DNA of 64,000 bases from NCBI GenBank assembly GCA_019828565.1, contig JAHDYR010000025.1, forward strand, positions 186,001 to 250,000, read 5' to 3'. Positions 21,501 through 31,532 of this stretch are shown piece by piece (the stretch's first letter is position 1; each line of letters begins with the position of its first letter). Both the position numbers and the translations under genes were made by a program. This DNA is from Carpediemonas membranifera BICM (Eukaryota; Protista; Fornicata). The notes under the pieces were generated by a model. It was not told the DNA's origin. It saw only the letters and a program-made list of their open reading frames with translations, and made no database searches.

Positions 21501-22969
21501 CGGGCAACCATCTAACACTCAAAGCTGGGGTTGTAGCGCCCATCGAGGTGACCGACGCCTGCCTGCACGCGGCTACATCACTGCTCATCGCTAGTGGCGC
21601 CATCCCCGACATCGACGTCACTCCCAGGCCCAAGCCCGCTGCTTCCGCCCCTGACCGGCTTCTCGCCACGGTCCTGGCGGGGACAGCGAACTACACGCTC
21701 GAACGGGTCAGGGGTGACGTCGGTGCGATGGTGCGGGCGGCTGCATGCCAGGCTCTGGCCGACCTGGCCGAGGCGCTGCCCCTGACGGCCGACGCCAAGG
21801 CCCTGTTCATCGACAGGGGCGGCTGTGCCCTGCTCAGGCTCGCCACAGAGCGTCTGGTGCCCGTCCGCGACGCCGCCATTGCCGCGCTCAAACGTCTGTG
21901 CGCCATGCCATCCATCGGCCCCTGTATGGCGTTCGTCCAGCCCTGCATGGCTTCTTTCGACGACAACGTCGCCGCCCTCGTCGACAAGGGCCTCCCTACG
22001 GTGACTGCGAGCAACTGCTGGGACTGGAAGCCGTTCAAGGACCCCGCCAACGCCAAGCTGTACGCCGTCGCAGGCCTCCTTTGCTGGAAGACCCTCCCGG
22101 ACGCTGTTGGCTCGGCTCTGATTCGCGGCCTTTCATCCACTCTCGCATCTGGAGATCCTGACCATATCTTAGATCGCCTGTATCTGTTTTCCACGATCGA
22201 GTGGGATGAGTATCCCGGGCTCGAGACGCCGGAAACCCGCCCGCCCCACATGATCTTGCCGGACGACGACGAAGACCGCATCAACGACTTCGACCTGACC
22301 ATCCGACTCCTGGGTAACCTGCGCGATTACTTCAAACCTACTGCCGGCAAGAACGCCAGAGTCGAGGATGCAGTTTTAGGCACAGTACGACTGCTGGCGA
22401 CACACGAGCTCGACGTGGTCCTGTCGATTGCAGAGGAGGATGAGGTGGCCGAGGTCGAGGCGATCATGGGCGAGATCGCCGTGCTCGCGGCCACCATCGT
22501 CAGCCGTCTGTGCGCCCGCGACAACCCCTCGTCGAACATGGTCACCCGCATCCGCAAGGCCGGCGAGTTGCTCAGAGACGCCTTCCGCACGGTTCCGGCC
22601 GACTCGAAGGCGACTGTGCTGACAGCAATCATTTCCGACGCCCTCGTGCAGCCTGCTATCCCCGTCATCCGGCGGCATGCGGCCCAGTGGCTCCGGTCCA
22701 TGGTCCCGCCGGCCGAAGTCACGCAGTTTAAGCTGGGTGACGCGGCCATCTGGCAGGAGGACGGCATGCAGGCCATTGAGGCCGGAGTCGGGCCCACCGT
22801 GATGGAGCAGCGGCATGAGCTTGCTACCGGTCTGGCTCAAGCGCTCGGGCTGGCGAGGATGCCCGAGCTCCGCGAGAATGTCGCCGCCCCTCGGGTGCTG
22901 AGCGCTCAGGACGAAATTAATGCCGAGTTCGCCGCCTTCCAGCGCCAGCACGACACGATGCGGGCGTGA
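18569..22969 (+). CDS. ARL2 GTPase fused in frame to tubulin-folding cofactor D (HEAT repeats)
   Basis: MGLRSIVRRIKKKENELRIL, GLDGAGKST, DIGGQTTLRPFWRNYFEKTDG and ANKRD are Arl2. FPHEV, RWAAAKG, HGACLCLGELA, VRDAACYVCWA, CFDQE.SCRRA..SAF.E.VGR and RGDVGA.VR are TBCD. Confidence 0.88.
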   Translation: MGLRSIVRRIKKKENELRILVIGLDGAGKSTIIRALKGGNLDDIPPTFGFTIDTLQYKHTDEAGSSHQFTLNFYDIGGQTTLRPFWRNYFEKTDGVIWVVDSTDADRLNVCRDSLHDILNAEKLSAASLLVMANKRDLDGALSVDSISNGLRLGNIEGRRWHIQPCSAVSGEGLTDGLDWLMSDVALAPVGAADLEREDDEMEAADVDAKAAEDAARELQARILGLAEGGDAYCAAVDELLEWMDAKCKDIFEQAEAYIDPRLPDLVGPLAAIAHAALLQGDDWPARAEHVLRLLFRFVGLRSPADVLRPFPHEVGLLHALLDACLNEGRNGAFETPDALAVALYWLGYVLEQPFGLGAMNVSPAAVTGLALRRLIATSTRVQRAAASVASSVMRRRTDVDPGVEVAFQSFWSDAVTALSTTFKDATDAEVEAVLGSFGVTTTAQLTLRGEALFCGLLTALCDILKRTDRDLLLTRVGTGLDVGLMETAVLEHHAVSSGRMTALFMRFVSRVGTIFAEDRVPRWQYRVTADATGPDDDSIPFDVPPQFDFCFDALLEGLKNPSSIARWAAAKGLSVLTRRLCRDFACDVVTAVLALVRDSDPTPYSTHGACLCLGELARHGLLVGQDITEVVTKVVGVLRHTDRAVRDAACYVCWALPRCYVPSEFAETVQLMSSALLCVSCFDQEASCRRAACSAFHELVGRLGHRDDVATVAHGLSLLTVVQYFSVGLMHVSFTEVAPRVAEFSEAYRSALLRWLIAQCALTSDSKTGRTRTLAAEAIPLLSGGGGVAILESAGLEQMVNAALVPRTELESWPYLRAGALSALASFVGVCGPSFSYGGAALTALPATLLDGGLVDLKADPEELLSSLAVYCTALAKTGYADETTSTVARALLRSTSLELQDTAVVLLDSWKSPAAEDMPAWLQTAIESLNGVAEGRADVITQRHTIRGMGLALPRLVRILGRDPLDKAVIDAVTGAGNHLTLKAGVVAPIEVTDACLHAATSLLIASGAIPDIDVTPRPKPAASAPDRLLATVLAGTANYTLERVRGDVGAMVRAAACQALADLAEALPLTADAKALFIDRGGCALLRLATERLVPVRDAAIAALKRLCAMPSIGPCMAFVQPCMASFDDNVAALVDKGLPTVTASNCWDWKPFKDPANAKLYAVAGLLCWKTLPDAVGSALIRGLSSTLASGDPDHILDRLYLFSTIEWDEYPGLETPETRPPHMILPDDDEDRINDFDLTIRLLGNLRDYFKPTAGKNARVEDAVLGTVRLLATHELDVVLSIAEEDEVAEVEAIMGEIAVLAATIVSRLCARDNPSSNMVTRIRKAGELLRDAFRTVPADSKATVLTAIISDALVQPAIPVIRRHAAQWLRSMVPPAEVTQFKLGDAAIWQEDGMQAIEAGVGPTVMEQRHELATGLAQALGLARMPELRENVAAPRVLSAQDEINAEFAAFQRQHDTMRA

Positions 22970-23022
22970 GTCGAGTAAACAGCAGCGTCGACGGAGGCCG
23001 GTTAACCTGCACTTTTAGCGAA

Positions 23023-25083
23023 ATGGAGGACGCCGAACCGACGATTCTAGACCTGCACGACCTTCAGAGGTTCGCCAAGCAGGATCCTGACGGGTATAAG
23101 GAGGAGTTCCTTGCGCAGAAGTCCCATTTTGAGGCGCGTGTGGAGCTGTTCAAGGCAAATGATCAGCACACCTCGTCAGACCTCATCAACCTCGTCCGCT
23201 TCATCGCTCAGATGGCTACGGTGTACAAGGAGTATACTCGCGAGATCTATGACGCGTTGTTGTCCCTCTCGACTGAACGCAGCCAGACGATGCACCCCGA
23301 CGTGCGTCTAGCCATCGTCCAGTCCCTCGGCCTCATCCACAACCGCGAGTGCATGACCCAGGACGATTTTCTGACGCTGATGCCCCACTTCTTCGACCTC
23401 TACGCCATCGAGGACAAGGGCCTCCGCCAGGCGACCTACAACTTCATTCTTCGCCGCATCCAGCGCAAGTACAGCAACTCCACGGCGGTTCTGACTCATG
23501 TAATCCATAGCGTTAACCGGGACGAGCTCAGCATCGCCCGCACGTCGATCCGCCTCCTCATTGACCTCTACAAGAAGAAGGTGTACGAGGGCAACCGCCT
23601 CGCCAACCTGGTCAACGCCATCGCCGAGGCCTGCTTCCATCGCGAGGAGGTGATGGTGAGGGAGGCGCTGGCCTTCTTCAGCGACCAGGACAAGCTCGCC
23701 GAAGAGAAGGACACGCTCGACATCGAGCGGGGCATCACTGGCCTCGCCCACCAGATCCAGCGCGAGCTGCTGACCATCCAGAAGGCTACGAAGAACAAGA
23801 AGAAGCGCGAGAGGAAGATTGAGGCGATGCAGGCCCAGCTCGAGCGGAAGAAGCGGACGGCCAACCCCCAGGAGACGGACGAGACCATCCGCCACACAAA
23901 CAACGCCATCGCCCTCCTACGGGACAGCGAGTCCTTCGCCGAGCGTCTCGTCACGGTCACCCTGGCCAGGAGCAAGTTGAAGCTGAAGACGCGGCTGGCA
24001 ACACTGCGTCTGCTGTCGCTGGTGATAGCCCAGGACGGCCTGTTCATCGAGGAGTTCTTCGTGTACATCGAGAGGTACGTCAAGGCCCGTCAGAGCGAGG
24101 TGACGATGGTCATGGCCGTCCTGTCGCAGGCCGTGAACCCCGAGGCCCCCGCCGCCCTGCAGCCGATCGTGCGGAAGATCGCCAACGAGTTCATCCAGGA
24201 GGGCATGCGGACGGAGTTCCCGACCATCGGGCTGAACACCATCCGGGAGATTGCCAGCAGGCAGCCGCTGGTGTTCGATGAGGACAACAAGGAGCTGCTG
24301 CAGGAGCTCGTGGAGTACCGCAGACACAAGGACAAGGGTGTGTCGTCCGCGGCGGGCGGGCTGCTCTCGTTCTATCGCATGGTTAACCCCGCGATCCTGC
24401 CCGGCAACATGCGCGGCAGACAGGCCGCATTCGAGGAGCGCCATGGCATGATCGAGGGCGTGCAGTTCGGTCGCATGGCTAAGCCCGCAACCAACCTCGA
24501 GGGCGCAGACATGCTTGACCCCGAGAAGCCCGAGGAGGCCGGCGAGGGGGCCGGCTGGGGCGTGTACTCTGACTCCGACTCCGACTCCGACGTCTGGGTC
24601 GAGGAGGCGCCCGACGAGGAGGACGTCAAGGCCTACGAGGCCGAGCAGGAGGCCGCACGGCAGAGGGGCGAGGCCGAGGAGACCGGGCCCCGAGCTGATA
24701 CGGTCAGAATCTTGACCGACGACGACTTCCGGCGTCTGGACGAGATCAAGGCGCAGCGGACGGTGATGGAGCTCGGCAAGTCCGTCGGCGTGGAGGTCGA
24801 TCCCGAGCGGCTGCTGGCGAACGCCAAGCACGTCCGTATGAGCAAGGAAGAGATGGTGGCCCACAGCAAGGACAACCTGCCTACTGAGCACGGGAGCTCT
24901 CGGGGCAAGAACAAGGGCGGTGGGTCGTCTAACCAGGCCAAGATCAAGAACAAGAACCAGGTGATGATCGCACACAGCGAGCGGGTTAAGAACAAGCAGT
25001 TCAGGTCGGCCCGGGTGAAGCGGCTTGTGGCAGACAAGCACGCCGACTGGCAGCGGCGGAAGTACAAGCCCAAGACAAGATAG
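23023..25083 (+). CDS. SDA1: SDA1 ribosome biogenesis protein
   Basis: LQRFAKQDPDGYKEEFLAQ, IANEFI...IGLNTIREI..RQP, RILTDDDF, GGSSNQAK.KNK. Confidence 0.9.
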   Translation: MEDAEPTILDLHDLQRFAKQDPDGYKEEFLAQKSHFEARVELFKANDQHTSSDLINLVRFIAQMATVYKEYTREIYDALLSLSTERSQTMHPDVRLAIVQSLGLIHNRECMTQDDFLTLMPHFFDLYAIEDKGLRQATYNFILRRIQRKYSNSTAVLTHVIHSVNRDELSIARTSIRLLIDLYKKKVYEGNRLANLVNAIAEACFHREEVMVREALAFFSDQDKLAEEKDTLDIERGITGLAHQIQRELLTIQKATKNKKKRERKIEAMQAQLERKKRTANPQETDETIRHTNNAIALLRDSESFAERLVTVTLARSKLKLKTRLATLRLLSLVIAQDGLFIEEFFVYIERYVKARQSEVTMVMAVLSQAVNPEAPAALQPIVRKIANEFIQEGMRTEFPTIGLNTIREIASRQPLVFDEDNKELLQELVEYRRHKDKGVSSAAGGLLSFYRMVNPAILPGNMRGRQAAFEERHGMIEGVQFGRMAKPATNLEGADMLDPEKPEEAGEGAGWGVYSDSDSDSDVWVEEAPDEEDVKAYEAEQEAARQRGEAEETGPRADTVRILTDDDFRRLDEIKAQRTVMELGKSVGVEVDPERLLANAKHVRMSKEEMVAHSKDNLPTEHGSSRGKNKGGGSSNQAKIKNKNQVMIAHSERVKNKQFRSARVKRLVADKHADWQRRKYKPKTR

Positions 25084-25139
25084 TCAGTTTATAAATGCGG
25101 ATCAGAGCAGACCCTGAGCGAGCATGCCGGGAAACAGCT

Positions 25140-26120
25140 TTACATTTCAGCAGCCTTCTGGACGGCCTCACTGAGCGGTATCTTGCCCTTGAGGTACTCC
25201 CTGTAAACGTACTTGCGGCGGGCGGGGTAGTCCAGCATCGGGGCGGCGAGGTCGTCGGCCATCGCCGCGCGAACCCTCTCTGCGAAAGCTTCGGCGGTCT
25301 CACCTTCCTCCATGGACATGACGGGCAGATACGTGACCTCCGCCTTGTTGACGAACTGGGTTAGGATGCGGAAGAAGTTCTCCTTCCAGTCGGCCGACGC
25401 GAGGGTGACGTTGTAGCAACGGTGACCGTACTTGATCGTCATCGGCTGCACAGGCACACCGCACTTGCCTGCCACAGCGAACACCGTTGCCTTGAATGGG
25501 AGCACGCAGCTTCCGTTCGTCGTTGTGCCCTCGGGCCACACCGTCAGCCCGGCCCCTCTGGTGTCCCGCACGACGTCGTTGATCGTCTGGACGGCGTTCC
25601 TCCTGCTCTCGGCAGAGGTGCGGTCAACGTATACGGTGCCGACGAGCTTGGCGTTCTGCCCAATCACGGGTATCTTCTCGACAGCATCCTTGGCAATGAA
25701 GCCAAAGCATCCGCTGGCGGCGGTAATAGGAATATCGACCCAGCTCTGGTGGTTCACAACCACGGGAACGTGCACGCCGTCGACCATGCGAACGCGCTTT
25801 CCCTTGCGGCGGATCCAGAGGTAGCCGCCAATGAAGAGAGCTACACGCATGACGAAAGCGCCATACAAGTCAATCATCCTCCGCTGCATGGCGGTAAGCT
25901 CGGCACGAGAAGGCGCCTTGGTGCGTGTGATCAGCCTGAAGACGGGGGCAACCGACATGACGATGAGGACGCCGACAATGAAACGCAGGGGAGCAATCGG
26001 CCCCAGCAGGAGCATCTTAAAGTGTTCATAACGACCAATGGCAGGCTGATCGTCGATAAACGGGGAGAATGCGCTGCGCTCCTCCTCGCTGAATGTCCTT
26101 GTCTTCAGCATCGTGCTCAT
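25140..26120 (-). CDS. Lysophospholipid acyltransferase (LPCAT/PlsC family)
   Basis: NHQSWVD motif I, YVDR, WPEGTTTNG, PVQP. Confidence 0.88.
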   Translation of the reverse strand: MSTMLKTRTFSEEERSAFSPFIDDQPAIGRYEHFKMLLLGPIAPLRFIVGVLIVMSVAPVFRLITRTKAPSRAELTAMQRRMIDLYGAFVMRVALFIGGYLWIRRKGKRVRMVDGVHVPVVVNHQSWVDIPITAASGCFGFIAKDAVEKIPVIGQNAKLVGTVYVDRTSAESRRNAVQTINDVVRDTRGAGLTVWPEGTTTNGSCVLPFKATVFAVAGKCGVPVQPMTIKYGHRCYNVTLASADWKENFFRILTQFVNKAEVTYLPVMSMEEGETAEAFAERVRAAMADDLAAPMLDYPARRKYVYREYLKGKIPLSEAVQKAAEM

Positions 26121-26909
26121 ATTTCGACTCAATCGCGACCCGCGGTAACAATGAGCTTGTATCACCAAGCAACATGACGATGGCAGACCACCGAGATGAG
26201 GGGAGAGACGGCGTGGGGCGGTCGGGATGCACTGACAACATCCCTTGTCCTGTGACCTTGGAGAAGTGATTGCGTCCACGTGGAGACTCGCAAAACCCGC
26301 ATGTCCACTGCGGCAGTAGTTTATTCTCCATTGCATGCACTGCGATCAGCAGACTGTCGCCGGCTCTGGGATAAGAGGGGCAATGGGATCGGCCCCTGCC
26401 GCAACATCAGATCCGCTCGAATTGGGATGACGCGGGGGTAGTCGTGGTTGGCATCGGCTGGCTGTTGAGTCATAAGGACAACGACAACGATAACAAAAAC
26501 TCCACAGCCAAGGCATCAATCATCCAGATACTTTCCGTCTCAGCTCTGCGATAAACGGGGAGCTCATATCAACGCCCCATTCCGTCTCCCAGTCCTTGTT
26601 GCCGTCACACGCCTCGCCTGAGGGATTCTTAATGGACACTTTGCCTGTGTGAAATGATTACGGGAAAGCAAACGGTAACTGATGTCTGGAAGCATATCAT
26701 CAACGAAACACTGGTCTTCCTTCATGCTCATGACTGGAATAATGCTTTTCTCGCAAGTGAAGATTTTAAACTGCACCGTTGCTCTTTCTGCCCTGCGTGC
26801 TGGGAGCGGCAGCATAGTCATCTCGATCACCCAATTCTCCTCGGCACCTTCACGAGCATTAACGAGCATTTTAAGGCAACCGGTGTCGTGGAGGTTTGTT
26901 TGTATGCTT

Positions 26910-27722
26910 ATGAGCGAGAGCAAATCTGATGTACACACGGAGAAGCGTGCTGCTCTACCAAAGCAGCGGGTGTACACCAATATTGACAGTCTTCTCCGCG
27001 AAGTGTCAGAAGAACTCGATAAGATTCCTGTTCTGAAGCCTCCTCCGCAGTCTGAGCTCGAAGATCTCGCTGAAATAGTAGATGAAGTGAAGATGGAAGC
27101 GTGTGTGCGGTTGAATGCCGCTGGAACAGTGCTTCAGGGTATTACACACGACATCCTTCCCGCATTCGAGGCAAAGCTCAAGGAACAGATAGCCTCTGTG
27201 GAAGAGAGCATATATAAGCTAACGCTACAGATGGAGCGCCAGATTAAGACAACGCACAGGCTGCTGACGTGGCAGGACGAGGTGGCGGATGTCGTCATTC
27301 GGGAACAGACCAGACTAGCAGACGCCGTCGAGATCCTCGAACACGGGTCCGATAAGAGCGTCGAGGAGGCACTTCCGGCGCTACAGGCTGAAGTTGAGGC
27401 GGCCAAGAAGGCTGTGGCGGACCTCAGCCCCGACCCGGCCCTCGCCATCCCACAGGACATGGCTGATGCGCTCGTGGGCAACGACGAGGACATCACACGG
27501 CTCACATCGGTGATCAAGACACTCAACAGCACGTTCGGGGTCGACTGGATTGATGACAGGAGTCGCATGCGCGGCCAGGGACAAAGCAGGCTGACGCCGC
27601 GAATCGGCCTGACTCCGGCGACACCGCAGCAGGGCACAGCTACTCCCTATGCTAGACAGCTGCCGGTGGGGTCGTTGCGGCTGACTTCGACGAACCTATC
27701 GAGGGTCCACACCCGCAGGTGA
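26910..27722 (+). CDS. Coiled-coil hypothetical protein
   Basis: Heptad-rich ORF (MSESKSD...HTRR*) followed by AATAAAT. Start is uncertain. Confidence 0.6.
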   Translation: MSESKSDVHTEKRAALPKQRVYTNIDSLLREVSEELDKIPVLKPPPQSELEDLAEIVDEVKMEACVRLNAAGTVLQGITHDILPAFEAKLKEQIASVEESIYKLTLQMERQIKTTHRLLTWQDEVADVVIREQTRLADAVEILEHGSDKSVEEALPALQAEVEAAKKAVADLSPDPALAIPQDMADALVGNDEDITRLTSVIKTLNSTFGVDWIDDRSRMRGQGQSRLTPRIGLTPATPQQGTATPYARQLPVGSLRLTSTNLSRVHTRR

Positions 27723-27843
27723 GTCCGCGGAGACGAATAAATCAACGCGCCGGGTCAATCGAGGCTATTTATCTCCGTTGTGCTCTGAGCGAGACCGACT
27801 CTGGCAAAGTGTACGCAGTTTAAGCGAATCGCTCCACTCCTCC

Positions 27844-30375
27844 ATGCCCGCTCCTCGGATCGTGCTGGAAGATGGTCTGGTCCCTATTGATGGAGAGGAA
27901 ACGATTGATGGCGCCGATATTATCCTATTTAACCCGGACGACATCACATCCCTTCCCTTGACGGCCAATGAAGACGGCATATATCGAGTAAGCGACTTTC
28001 CGTCAATGGAGGCGCTCAGACAGAAGCGCCACTACGAGGACTATGCTTCTGACTGCTCAGAGGCGTCCTCCGCCTCCTCTACGTTCTTCGAGACGGTGCC
28101 CTGTGTTCCACTCTACCAAGTCCAACTGCCCGAGGCCAAGGACCAGCACGAGGTCGACGGGCTAGTTGACTTGGACAGGGAGCTCCACAAGCGCCACAGC
28201 GACCGCAATTCCCGCCGTCTTTCCGAGACTGTGAGCGCCCTCGAGCCCCGCAAGCCCTTGCTCATCCCAGGCGGAAAGAAGCCCCGCATCTCCCGCAAGA
28301 AGAGCGATGACACAGAGACGAAGGATGAGATCGCTGTGGCATGCCCAGGCCGACCCACCAAGCACCGGCCGGTGGCTAAGAAGCTCCTCATCGGCCTCCC
28401 CCCCTCCCTCCCCTCATACGGCGCCTTCACCGAGTGCAACGAGGACACTACGACAGACTACGATTACATGCGAGACCTGCACCACTTCAAGCTGCCCCGG
28501 CGCCGCTGTTACGGGGACAATGGACCGGACGTCTCACCCGAAGACTCCGAGGAGGACTCCAACGAGGCTGACGAGTCCAGCGATGACGAGCTCATTCTCG
28601 AGCACGTGCAGCGGAGGCTTGAGAAGTCTGGGGCGCGCACGGCGTCCGAGATCGAGGCGGTAGAGCTGGAGGCCTGCGCCGAGCTCGCGGTTCACGGGCA
28701 GTTTACGGCACAGTCAATCGTGAACAGGCTCGCTGAGCTGAAGCAGGAGCATACGAGCCTCGCCGTGTCATCCGTGACGAACCAGATGACGGCGTACTGC
28801 CCCGTGTGCCACGCGTTCATATGCCACCGTCACCCGTGGCGTAACCACACCGTGGATGGCGCAGTACCGCGGTACTCGAACTCCAAGCCGACGTGGGACA
28901 GGAGGCACGGGTACGGCGTCTGCAAGGACGTGATGACCCACATGACAGACCAGCTGGGGCCGCACCACGCGCTCAGCCTCGACGACATCTACCCCGCCCG
29001 CATCAAGGACTACCTCGCCTCTCTCGACCTCCCCACCGAGGAGGAGGGCGTCGTGGCGCCATGGAACCCGGCGGATGAAGAGTTCCTGCGGTGGGGGCTC
29101 GCCGTCACGAACAACAACACGCCCCTGCTCGCCGTCATGCTCGGCAGCAACCGCACCGTCCGCGAGGTCACCGGCTACATCGCCTTCGTCGACATCCCCG
29201 ACTCTGACATCCCCGGGGGCGACTTCGACTTCTCCCTGTCCCGACCCATGGTCCTGGGGCACTGGCTTGACCCCTGCTACGGCTTCCCCGAGTGGACTAG
29301 CACCGCCTGGCGCGACATATGCGCTGGGCACGGCCGCCGCAAGGCTGTGGAGACGATCAGGGAGGCCGTGACCGACTGCGAGACGCTCTGCTTCGACAAG
29401 TACCACGACGACCCTGCCCGGCAGTACATGCCGCAGTGGGCCTTCACCCTCAAGCACCGGCCGGTGTACTTCCTACCCCCGTCCACGAGGCTTGTCCACG
29501 AGGTCCCCGATGACCCCGAGGTCGCCCGCAGACTCGCAGGGACCATCAGCAACATCGCCCTGTCGATGCTCAGCCGGGTGCGTGGCTACTGCTACCACCC
29601 CGGCCTGCCCTGCTCGCTGCCGTACTGCCAGTGCATGCAGTTGTCCTGCGGCTGCGGCAAGTTCTGCTCCTGCTTCGGCCCCAAGTCGTGGTGCAAGGCC
29701 ATCGACCTCTTCTGCAACTGCAACAACGGCAATTCGCGGTGCGTTGTCCACAAGGCCAACAAGGTCCAGGGGACGTGCTCATGTGCGAAGGCCCAGGTCT
29801 GCTGTGATCCCGACCTGTGCATGTGCAGCGCCGTCATCGTCACCAACAAGATGACGTCCGCAGAGGCGACGGCGGAGATGCGCCGTCTGCACCTGTCGCC
29901 CGAGAAGCCCCACCTGTACTGCGCGATGGAGTATCAACAGTCGCCCAAGGTCACAGTCATCGGCAAGAGCGGCGTCCACGGCTTCGGGCTGTTTGCCGGC
30001 GAGGACATCCCGCCGCACTCACACATCATCCAGTACTCCGGCGAGCTGCTGGACGAGCGAACGGCCGACTTCAGAGGCCGGCATTACAGCCACGTGGGGT
30101 CCTCGTATCTGTTCAGACTGACGAGCGGCGTCATTGGCCAGAGCCTCGACGCCAACTGGATCGGGAACAAGAGCAGGTTCGCCAATCACCAGCAGGCGGG
30201 TAAGACGGTGTTCAGCCGCGTGATTGTCGGCAACGACGGCCTTAGGAAGGTCGTCTTCGTCAGTGGAGCACAGACCATCCCCGCGGGCACGGAGCTGCTG
30301 TTCGACTACGGGTACAGCGCAGAGGACAAGCAGACGTTCTTCACGAAGAAGATCGGGCAGAAGAGCAATGTTTAA
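27844..30375 (+). CDS. Enhancer-of-zeste-like SET histone methyltransferase (PRC2 catalytic subunit)
   Basis: YCPVCHAFICHRH Cys/His motif, SANT-like W.P.DE segment, Cys-rich CXC region, and SET motifs SGVHGFGLFA, ADFRGR.Y...SSYLF, GNKSRFANH, ELLFDYGY. Confidence 0.85.
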   Translation: MPAPRIVLEDGLVPIDGEETIDGADIILFNPDDITSLPLTANEDGIYRVSDFPSMEALRQKRHYEDYASDCSEASSASSTFFETVPCVPLYQVQLPEAKDQHEVDGLVDLDRELHKRHSDRNSRRLSETVSALEPRKPLLIPGGKKPRISRKKSDDTETKDEIAVACPGRPTKHRPVAKKLLIGLPPSLPSYGAFTECNEDTTTDYDYMRDLHHFKLPRRRCYGDNGPDVSPEDSEEDSNEADESSDDELILEHVQRRLEKSGARTASEIEAVELEACAELAVHGQFTAQSIVNRLAELKQEHTSLAVSSVTNQMTAYCPVCHAFICHRHPWRNHTVDGAVPRYSNSKPTWDRRHGYGVCKDVMTHMTDQLGPHHALSLDDIYPARIKDYLASLDLPTEEEGVVAPWNPADEEFLRWGLAVTNNNTPLLAVMLGSNRTVREVTGYIAFVDIPDSDIPGGDFDFSLSRPMVLGHWLDPCYGFPEWTSTAWRDICAGHGRRKAVETIREAVTDCETLCFDKYHDDPARQYMPQWAFTLKHRPVYFLPPSTRLVHEVPDDPEVARRLAGTISNIALSMLSRVRGYCYHPGLPCSLPYCQCMQLSCGCGKFCSCFGPKSWCKAIDLFCNCNNGNSRCVVHKANKVQGTCSCAKAQVCCDPDLCMCSAVIVTNKMTSAEATAEMRRLHLSPEKPHLYCAMEYQQSPKVTVIGKSGVHGFGLFAGEDIPPHSHIIQYSGELLDERTADFRGRHYSHVGSSYLFRLTSGVIGQSLDANWIGNKSRFANHQQAGKTVFSRVIVGNDGLRKVVFVSGAQTIPAGTELLFDYGYSAEDKQTFFTKKIGQKSNV

Positions 30376-30454
30376 GTGGTGCGAAGTGTTTAAATGGTAT
30401 TATTTGTTCGTCTGGTCGTGGCGACTGATGGGTCGGCGAGTCGGCTGACAGAAT

Positions 30455-31324
30455 TTGGCAGCTTTGTGCTCGAAGTCAAGTGGCGCTAGGGCGCAGCTGG
30501 CAGGTTCCGACTCGGGTCGGAAGCAACCGACCACCATTTATCTTGACTCTCGGCTCTCGACACAGCGCGAAGTCGGCAAGAAGTCATTCCAGATCCTCTA
30601 CGAGATCCGCAATCACGCTGGCAAGAACACCTTCGCGGGCAACTCTGTAACCCCCTGGTCCCTAGACCAACTCATCGTTGACCTCGCTGCGGGCCTAGCC
30701 TGGGGCAACTTCAGTGTTTATCAAGAGGCAAGCGGCGAACCCCTCGCTGCAGCAACTGCCTAACTAACCTCGCAGCCGCCTTGCTCACCGAGGGCAGCAG
30801 CAAGAGCTACTGGCAGGCCTTATGTAAACAAAGTCGACACATTGGTGTCGAATTTGCGCCTCACGTGTCAGACAAACTGAGCGCTGAAACCAAGCTGCTC
30901 TTTGCCGGTGATGTTACAGAGTCGCTTGCTGGGTCGGGCCTGCTGCCTGGGTACCGTAAGGGCAACCGCTGCCTCACAGCCACCCCGCTCCTGTTTTCAG
31001 AGAGAGTCAAAGGGTTCTACTGTGACTCTACAACGGTCATATGGGTCACCGAGGGCCGCACTCATCTATATGATGGCAACCACCAGCACTCTATGCCATT
31101 TGAGGCGACGGCATGCCACACATTGCAGCCCCCTTGACTTGAACACCATGCCCTTTGTCACAGAGGACTCTGCCAGTGATGTCCACTCATTCTGTGACCC
31201 CACCGGCCAGTGGTTTGAGGTGAAGACTGTTCCAGGATGGGAAGCAAAGCTGGTCAAGCGTGAGGCACCTGCCTGTCATTGGGAGATCATCACCGTCGAC
31301 GTCGACCCAGCCGAACAATCATAA
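30455..31324 (+). pseudogene. Fragmented ORFs, possibly a decayed member of an expanded (RCC1-associated?) family
   Basis: Three short co-oriented ORFs in shifting frames with protein-like composition and no intact domain. Confidence 0.35.
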
Positions 31325-31532
31325 ACTACTTGTACACCCGACCTGGCGGCGGCCATGAATGCGCCATCCGGTCAGCGGCATTGTGGTCTGGCGCCGTTGG
31401 TGGTCCTTCCAGCTGGGTGAGAATGCAAACGGACGTCAGGACAACGGTGCCTTCCATGGGACGTGGCACAGCCAAGGCTGTCAACGGGTCATGGCGACCG
31501 GAGCGTGCCATTGTAATCTGCACATCGCAAGC

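Noticed and set aside
26340-26900. Long spacer with small ORFs on both strands
   Set aside because: No codon bias, domain or RNA-gene signature could be identified. I also saw no tRNA or rRNA genes anywhere in the window.
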